Shown: piece by piece, positions 26,706 through 32,000 of the stretch
Layout of the letters: each line of letters opens with the position of its first letter
Position numbering within the stretch: the first letter of the stretch is position 1
Assembly (NCBI RefSeq): GCF_000196355.1
Contig: NC_007614.1
Location: forward strand, 1,200,001-1,232,000
Length of the DNA stretch: 32,000 nt
Direction of reading: 5' to 3'
From: Nitrosospira multiformis ATCC 25196
Lineage (GTDB): Bacteria > Pseudomonadota > Gammaproteobacteria > Burkholderiales > Nitrosomonadaceae
Position numbers and translations under genes: made by a program
The notes under the pieces: model-generated
Told to the model about the DNA's origin: nothing
What the model saw: only the letters and a program-made list of their open reading frames with translations
The model's database searches: none

Positions 26706-26909
26706 ATGCAGAAGCTTGCCTCCAATACCCAGCGCGAGATCGAGGTGACACCCGATGATTTGCCGCTTCATTGTCCCACGCCTTCCATGCTGTTATGGAA
26801 TTCGCACCCCCGTGTTTTTCTGCCCATAGAAGATACGGGGGAAGCGCTGTGTCCTTACTGCGGCACCCATTATGTACTCAAGGGCGGCGCAGTTGCAGGC
26901 CACCATTGA
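26706..26909 (+). CDS. 67-aa zf-CHCC-type zinc-finger miniprotein (NDUFS6-like zinc-finger domain)
   Basis: ORF 26604..26909 overlaps the ilvE 3' end. The internal ATG at 26706 (MQKLASNTQREIEV...) removes the overlap. The motif LHCPTPSMLLWNSHPRVFLPIEDTGEALCPYCGTHYVLKG fits the pattern C...HPxV(F/Y)L...G...CxYCG. Confidence 0.7.
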   Translation: MQKLASNTQREIEVTPDDLPLHCPTPSMLLWNSHPRVFLPIEDTGEALCPYCGTHYVLKGGAVAGHH

Positions 26910-27029
26910 CCTGAACATGCCCTAAAGTCCAAATACGAGCAGCACGGTCGTAAACGATGTGAATGCTGCCACTGAACAACTTTGATACCCTGATACAGCT
27001 GAAGTTCATCTCTTATCCGCCCATCATCC

Positions 27030-28439
27030 ATGCGCCAACTTCCACCAGAAATCTTCAAAGCCTATGACATCCGAGGTGTTTTCGGAAAAACACTGACAGT
27101 TGAAGGTGCCGAAGCGATTGGTCATGCCATCGGCTCCGAGGGGCGTGCGCGCGGACTTGCCGCAATCACCATAGGGCGCGACGGCAGGTTGTCGGGCCCC
27201 GAGCTGGTGCAAGCCCTGGCCAGGGGTTTGCAAGGAAGTGGTATCAACGTAATCGATGTCGGTGCTGTCGCGACCCCGATGCTCTACTACGCGGCGCATG
27301 AATTGTCCGGTTATTCCGGCGTGATGGTAACCGGGAGCCATAACCCGCCGGAATACAATGGTTTTAAAATGGTATTGGGGGGAGAAACACTTGCTGCGGA
27401 ATCAATACAAGCCTTGCGTGCGCGTATCGAAAATGAAAACCTTGCTCACGGCAATGGAAGCTACCACAAGCAGGATATTGCGGAAGGATATCTTCAGCGC
27501 ATAGCAGCGGATATAAAGCTGGCGCGGCCCATGAAGATTATCGTTGATTGTGGCAATGGGATCCCCGGTTTATATGCTCCGGAACTGTACCGCAGGCTTG
27601 GATGCGATGTAACCGAGCTGTTTTGCGAGGTCGACGGCACTTTTCCCAATCATCATCCGGATCCCTCGGTACCCGGGAATCTTCGGGATGTGGTGCAGGC
27701 GCTTGAAACGACTGATGCCGAGATAGGGCTGGCGTTCGATGGAGATGGTGACCGCGTGGGTGTGGTTACCAAAAATGGAACGGTCATTTATCCGGATCGG
27801 CAACTGATGTTGTTTGCAGCCGATGTATTATCGCGGAATCCGGGTGGGCGGGTCATTTTCGATGTGAAATGTACGCGTAACCTGGCGCCATGGATCATGC
27901 AGCACGGAGGCGAGCCGATCATGTGGAAAACCGGGCACTCTTTCATCAAGGGGAAACTGAAGGAAACCGGGGCGCTGCTGGCGGGAGAGATGAGTGGGCA
28001 TATCTTTTTCAAGGAGCGCTGGTATGGCTTCGACGACGGACTCTATGCCGGAGCGCGTTTGCTGGAGCTGCTCAGTTCCAGGATGGATATCGACGCGGTA
28101 TTCAACTCGATTCCGGATGCGGTCAGCACGCCGGAGTTGCAGATCGGGTTGAAGGAAGGGGAAAACTACGCGATTATCGCGCAGTTGCAGAAAACAGCGC
28201 ACTTTGCCCGGGCTGAACGCATCATTACCACCGATGGAATGCGAGTCGAATATGAAGACGGTTTTGGTCTTGCGCGTTCATCCAATACCATGCCGGTAAT
28301 CGTGCTGCGTTTCGAGGCGGATAGCGAGGCAGCTTTGCAGCGTATTCAGAAGGATTTTTGCACAGCGATCCTGAAAATCAAACCGGATGCGGAACTGCCT
28401 CATCAGCTGAGGGGAAATCTCCTTTCCTCCACATGCTGA
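27030..28439 (+). CDS. algC: Phosphomannomutase/phosphoglucomutase (alpha-D-phosphohexomutase, AlgC-like)
   Basis: 469-aa ORF. It has the N-terminal IFKAYDIRG, the catalytic-serine loop TGSHNPPEYNGFK, the metal loop FDGDGDRVGVV and the sugar loop GEMSGHIFF. Confidence 0.9.
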   Translation: MRQLPPEIFKAYDIRGVFGKTLTVEGAEAIGHAIGSEGRARGLAAITIGRDGRLSGPELVQALARGLQGSGINVIDVGAVATPMLYYAAHELSGYSGVMVTGSHNPPEYNGFKMVLGGETLAAESIQALRARIENENLAHGNGSYHKQDIAEGYLQRIAADIKLARPMKIIVDCGNGIPGLYAPELYRRLGCDVTELFCEVDGTFPNHHPDPSVPGNLRDVVQALETTDAEIGLAFDGDGDRVGVVTKNGTVIYPDRQLMLFAADVLSRNPGGRVIFDVKCTRNLAPWIMQHGGEPIMWKTGHSFIKGKLKETGALLAGEMSGHIFFKERWYGFDDGLYAGARLLELLSSRMDIDAVFNSIPDAVSTPELQIGLKEGENYAIIAQLQKTAHFARAERIITTDGMRVEYEDGFGLARSSNTMPVIVLRFEADSEAALQRIQKDFCTAILKIKPDAELPHQLRGNLLSSTC

Positions 28440-28527
28440 TGAGCTGCTGAATGTTCTGAAGGACGTTGCCATCAAGTCGCAGGAATGGAAATCCCGAGCG
28501 GGAAGTCAAGCTGAGATATAACTGAAT

Positions 28528-29028
28528 ATGATGAACAGGAGAGAGGGCGCCAGGACCAACGTTTTGTTCGTTTGCATGGGCAATATCTGTCGCTCGCCCA
28601 CCGCGGAGGCCGTTTTCCGGCACCAGGTCATCGCGGCTGGCGTGGAGGAAGAAATTTACATCGACTCTGCCGGTACACATGATTACCACATCGGCGAGCC
28701 GCCGGATGAAAGGGCGCAAAGAGCAGCGGGAAGAAGGGGTTATGACACAAAAGCATTGCGTGCTCGCATTGTAGATGAAAAGGATTTTGAGTTTTTTCAC
28801 TATATTCTGGCAATGGACAGGGCGAATCTTGCTGTTCTTCAGAGAGAATGTCCAGCGGAATACAGTCATAAGCTCGGATTATTGATGCAGTACAGTGAGA
28901 AGTTCTCCGAAGGAGTACAGGAAGTGCCGGATCCTTATTTTGGGGGAAGCCAGGGCTTCGAGCATGTGCTCAACCTGGTGGAGGATGCCGGTCGGGGATT
29001 GCTTAACCGGATTCGTAACGGAAAATAA
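28528..29028 (+). CDS. Low-molecular-weight protein-tyrosine phosphatase
   Basis: 166-aa ORF. It has the P-loop VLFVCMGNICRSPTAE (CX5R-S/T) and the general-acid motif VPDPYFGG. Confidence 0.85.
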   Translation: MMNRREGARTNVLFVCMGNICRSPTAEAVFRHQVIAAGVEEEIYIDSAGTHDYHIGEPPDERAQRAAGRRGYDTKALRARIVDEKDFEFFHYILAMDRANLAVLQRECPAEYSHKLGLLMQYSEKFSEGVQEVPDPYFGGSQGFEHVLNLVEDAGRGLLNRIRNGK

Positions 29029-29173
29029 AGCGAGCCAGAATAGGAACTACGAGTCTGCTCTATCCGCCGGGGGCGGAATGGAATATATGCCGTTCGTATC
29101 CTATTCGGTAGGAGAGGTAATATACTATACTGAAAGTATAGGTTTGGCCTTTGGCAGGCTTGCCTGAATCTTT

Positions 29174-29206
29174 AAAAGAGGCGACGTTTGTCGCCTCTTT
29201 CTTTTA
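29174..29206. terminator. Bidirectional rho-independent terminator shared by the convergent rne and LMW-PTP genes
   Basis: aaaagaggcgac (29174-29185), loop gttt, then gtcgcctcttt (29190-29200). It is flanked by A-rich sequence 5' and cttttat 3', so either strand gives a stem followed by a U-tract. It lies 15 nt beyond the rne stop. Confidence 0.7.
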
Positions 29207-29214
29207 TGAGACTT

Positions 29215-32000
29215 TTATTTATGGGTCTCCACCTGTACCAGCGCTTCCTGCTGCTCGATTACCGGGGGAGGAGGCGTTCTTCTACGTCGAGGCTGTGCTT
29301 TCATTGCTTCTCCTTCTGCTTCGGTTTCAGCAGGTCTTATTTTTTCGGGAAGGGTCTCGATCATGATCAGACCGGCCGCACCTAAATCGAGAGATGGCGT
29401 AGCCCCTGGTTGCTGAGGAGGCACTGCTTGGTGTCCTTCTTTTGCAGGAACTTCTTCCTGTTCGATTTTTGTATGGGGCATAGCCGTTTCCAAGGCGCTC
29501 AGGGGAATCTGGGAGGGGATGTCCTCCGGAACGACTCTTGCTGCTTCAACTTCAACCAGCGGCTCTGACGCAATTAAAATCGGCGCACCGGTAACGGTAA
29601 CTGCTGCTGCGGTCGCTGCCTCTCTCCGATCCTCAGGAAGTCTGTCAGGTGACTCAGGAGTAATCTGCTGTTCATTCGCCAGAGCCACTTTTTCGGCTAT
29701 CGTGACCGCCGGAGCAGAGGTAGATTCCATCGCAGCCACTTGGGGTACGACTTCGGGCGAAGCTTCGGATACAGCTTCGGGCATAATTACCGGCAAAGTT
29801 CTATCTGTCCGCAAAAGTTCGGAAGGGGTATTATTCTTTGCTCCTGCAGGGGATTCCTTTGATGCCTCTTTTTGCTCCAGAGGGGTAGAAGCCAAGATAA
29901 GTGGCGGTATTCCATTTATGGCTCCCGAAATGAGATCTGCCGCAGGATTTTCCTCGTGCGCTACCTGCTCGGCAGATTGCTGGAGAGGAGAATCCTTTGC
30001 AATTGCCTGCCTAGCTTCACGCGCTGCACGATCCAGGCGCTCGCTCCGGTCGCGTTGCCTGCCACCACGCCGTCTGCGGCGGCTGCCTTCCTCACTCGGC
30101 TGTACGGCTTCTTCCGTGGCAGGGGGTAGCTCGGAAGAGGGTTTGAGTTCCGTCCGCGGCTTTTCTTCACGCTGCGACCGGGGATGTTTTTTTGCAGCAG
30201 CTCTTTCACCCTGAGTTTTTGCCTCGCTGCGTTCCTGGCGCTGCGGCACAGCTTCGCGCGTCAAGTCCGGAGCACCGCTTGGGCTGATTTCGGCCCCTCG
30301 CTCCGCGCGTGCATCGCGTGGACGTTGGACGGCGCGTGCTGCCTTTTCATTTTCGCCAATGCGTCCTTCCCGGCGGTCACGACGTCCCTGACCCCGTTCC
30401 TCAGGATGTGCAGCAGCGACAGGCGGTTCGTGCCGAACGGTCTTTTCGCCGACCCCCCCCTGTTTAAACCAGCCGAATATTTTATCGAGCAGGGAAAGCG
30501 GTTCCGGTTCATGCTGCGGTTTTTGCTCGCGTACCGGAGCAGGTTGTGCCGGTGTGATGCCTCGTACCGCTGCCTGCTGCCGCATAGGCTTGGGCTCCTG
30601 TCCGCTGGAAGGCAGAGGGATATCTTGGGCGGGTTTTTCCACCATCTGGTAACTCGTCTGAACTTCACCAAGTTTTACGTCGTCATGACGCAGGCGGGTG
30701 ATGCTGTAATTGGGCGTTTCGAGATGGATGTTGGGGATCAGAACGACACTTACTTTCAGGCGTGCTTCGATTGCATGAATTTCCGCCCGTTTTTCGTTCA
30801 GCAGATAAGTCGCTACATCTACCGGCACCTGAGCATGCAGCACTGCCGTATTCTCCTTCATCGCTTCTTCCTGAATGATTCTGAGGATATGCAACGCCGA
30901 GGAATCGGTACCCCGGATGTGACCGGTACCGTGGCAGCGCGGACAGGAAATATAGCTGCTTTCCCCCAGGGAAGGCCGCAGGCGCTGGCGCGATAATTCA
31001 AGCAAACCGAAGCGGGAAATCTTGCCCATTTGCACCCGTGCCCGATCGTAGCGCAACGCGTCGTGCAACCGGTTTTCCACCTCCCGCTGGTTGCGGGAGA
31101 CTTCCATGTCGATAAAGTCGATGACCACAAGTCCGCCGAGGTCGCGCAGGCGCAGTTGCCGCGCAATTTCATCTGCCGCCTCCAGATTGGTAGCCAGGGC
31201 CGTCTGCTCGATGTCGGAACCGCGGGTGGCACGGGCTGAATTTACGTCCACCGAAACCAGGGCTTCCGTATGGTCGATCACGATCGCGCCGCCCGAGGGG
31301 AGGGTAACCTGCCGCGAATATGCGGTTTCGATCTGGTGCTCGATTTGAAAGCGGGAAAACAGGGGCACGTCATCCCGATAGAGCTTGACCCGCGCTACGT
31401 TGCCGGGCATGACATGACCCATGAACTGGCATGCCTGCTCATAGATGCTTTCCGTATCAATCAGGATTTCACCGATTTCCTGATTGAAGTAATCCCGGAT
31501 TGCCCTGATGACGAGACTGCTTTCCTGGTAAATAAGGAAAGCACCGCTCTGGCCTTTGGAAGCATCTTCAATAGCACGCCACAACTGCAGCAGGTAGTTG
31601 AGGTCCCACTGCAACTCTTCTTCGGTGCGTCCTATCCCCGCCGTCCGCGCAATGATGCTCATGCCCTGAGGAATGTTCAAATGCGACATGACATCGCGCA
31701 GTTCGGCGCGATCTTCGCCTTCTATGCGGCGCGAGACACCTCCCCCGCGCGGATTATTGGGCATCAGCACCAGATAACGGCCCGCGAGCGAGATATAGGT
31801 GGTAAGTGCGGCTCCTTTTGTTCCCCGTTCGTCCTTGTCCACCTGGACGATGAGTTCCTGGCCTTCATGAAGCGCGTCCTGGACTCGGACCCGCCCAGGG
31901 TCCGGACTCTCTTTCAAATAGGAGCGGGAAATCTCCTTGAACGGCAGAAAACCATGCCGCTCCCCCCCGTACTCGACGAAGGCGGCTTCGAGGCTCGGTT
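29215..32000 (-). CDS. rne: Ribonuclease E (5' end of the gene lies beyond the window)
   Basis: The track ORF starts at an internal Met (31917), but the frame stays open to 32000 ([32 protein letters not shown]1-domain sequence). The catalytic core is collinear with E. coli RNase E ([42 protein letters not shown]). It has the Zn-link [12 protein letters not shown] and a long low-complexity Arg/Pro/Glu-rich C-terminal half. Confidence 0.9.
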   Translation of the reverse strand, partial: PSLEAAFVEYGGERHGFLPFKEISRSYLKESPDPGRVRVQDALHEGQELIVQVDKDERGTKGAALTTYISLAGRYLVLMPNNPRGGGVSRRIEGEDRAELRDVMSHLNIPQGMSIIARTAGIGRTEEELQWDLNYLLQLWRAIEDASKGQSGAFLIYQESSLVIRAIRDYFNQEIGEILIDTESIYEQACQFMGHVMPGNVARVKLYRDDVPLFSRFQIEHQIETAYSRQVTLPSGGAIVIDHTEALVSVDVNSARATRGSDIEQTALATNLEAADEIARQLRLRDLGGLVVIDFIDMEVSRNQREVENRLHDALRYDRARVQMGKISRFGLLELSRQRLRPSLGESSYISCPRCHGTGHIRGTDSSALHILRIIQEEAMKENTAVLHAQVPVDVATYLLNEKRAEIHAIEARLKVSVVLIPNIHLETPNYSITRLRHDDVKLGEVQTSYQMVEKPAQDIPLPSSGQEPKPMRQQAAVRGITPAQPAPVREQKPQHEPEPLSLLDKIFGWFKQGGVGEKTVRHEPPVAAAHPEERGQGRRDRREGRIGENEKAARAVQRPRDARAERGAEISPSGAPDLTREAVPQRQERSEAKTQGERAAAKKHPRSQREEKPRTELKPSSELPPATEEAVQPSEEGSRRRRRGGRQRDRSERLDRAAREARQAIAKDSPLQQSAEQVAHEENPAADLISGAINGIPPLILASTPLEQKEASKESPAGAKNNTPSELLRTDRTLPVIMPEAVSEASPEVVPQVAAMESTSAPAVTIAEKVALANEQQITPESPDRLPEDRREAATAAAVTVTGAPILIASEPLVEVEAARVVPEDIPSQIPLSALETAMPHTKIEQEEVPAKEGHQAVPPQQPGATPSLDLGAAGLIMIETLPEKIRPAETEAEGEAMKAQPRRRRTPPPPVIEQQEALVQVETHK
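30454..30498 (-). other. Predicted amphipathic membrane-targeting helix of RNase E
   Basis: [15 protein letters not shown] lies directly after the catalytic half. It is analogous in position and character to the E. coli RNase E segment-A membrane anchor. Confidence 0.5.

Noticed and set aside
28378-28869. 163-aa minus-strand ORF spanning the algC 3' end and the LMW-PTP gene
   Set aside because: It is antisense to two genes with clear catalytic motifs and has no motif of its own.
29519-30996. Plus-strand ORFs of 231 aa and 270 aa opposite the rne C-terminal half
   Set aside because: The biased Arg/Glu/Pro codon composition of the rne scaffold keeps the antisense frames open. The products are Ser/Ala/Cys-rich nonsense.
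1-32000. Window-wide look for mobile elements, defence islands, toxin-antitoxin pairs, CRISPR arrays and rRNA/tRNA genes
   Set aside because: I found no transposase, integrase or recombinase-like ORF, no terminal inverted repeats and no repeat-spacer arrays. I saw no abrupt compositional island. Every large ORF has a housekeeping or envelope assignment.

Overview
Gene-dense chromosomal window with about 28 protein genes. I found no rRNA, tRNA, CRISPR array, transposase or integrase. It reads as core genome of a moderate-GC proteobacterium, probably a betaproteobacterium; this is inferred from protein signatures and synteny and cannot be verified here.

Gene order:
- SPFH/stomatin (partial) and NfeD protease (-)
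- Orn/Lys/Arg decarboxylase with a receiver-like N-terminus, then argD-argF-argG and yajQ (+)
- GATase1, a minimal FecR-domain protein, and exbD-exbB-tonB behind a thioredoxin-fold gene (-)
- ECF sigma, a 125-aa single-pass protein, a 121-aa secreted repeat protein, and an RDD protein (+)
- tldD, a C-N hydrolase and yhdP (-)
- glnE, a PEP-CTERM cargo protein, ilvE, a zf-CHCC miniprotein, algC-like PMM/PGM and an LMW-PTP (+)
- rne (-, 5' end outside the window)

Most of the window is ordinary housekeeping sequence. The best candidate for an uncharacterised system is the translationally coupled ECF sigma module at about 12.6-14.6 kb. Its sigma gene lacks a canonical start codon for its sigma-2.1 segment. 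The next gene encodes a single-pass protein with a hyper-acidic periplasmic tail. The third encodes a basic secreted protein made of five exact 18-residue repeats with LTPEQ-type motifs.

Secondary items:
- a perfect 18-bp palindrome and a 12-bp tandem repeat between argD and argF
- a doubly truncated FecR-domain protein beside tonB-exbBD
- an unlinked PEP-CTERM cargo protein of unknown fold
- a pseudo-receiver domain on the decarboxylase

The long antisense ORFs in the track are shadow ORFs.
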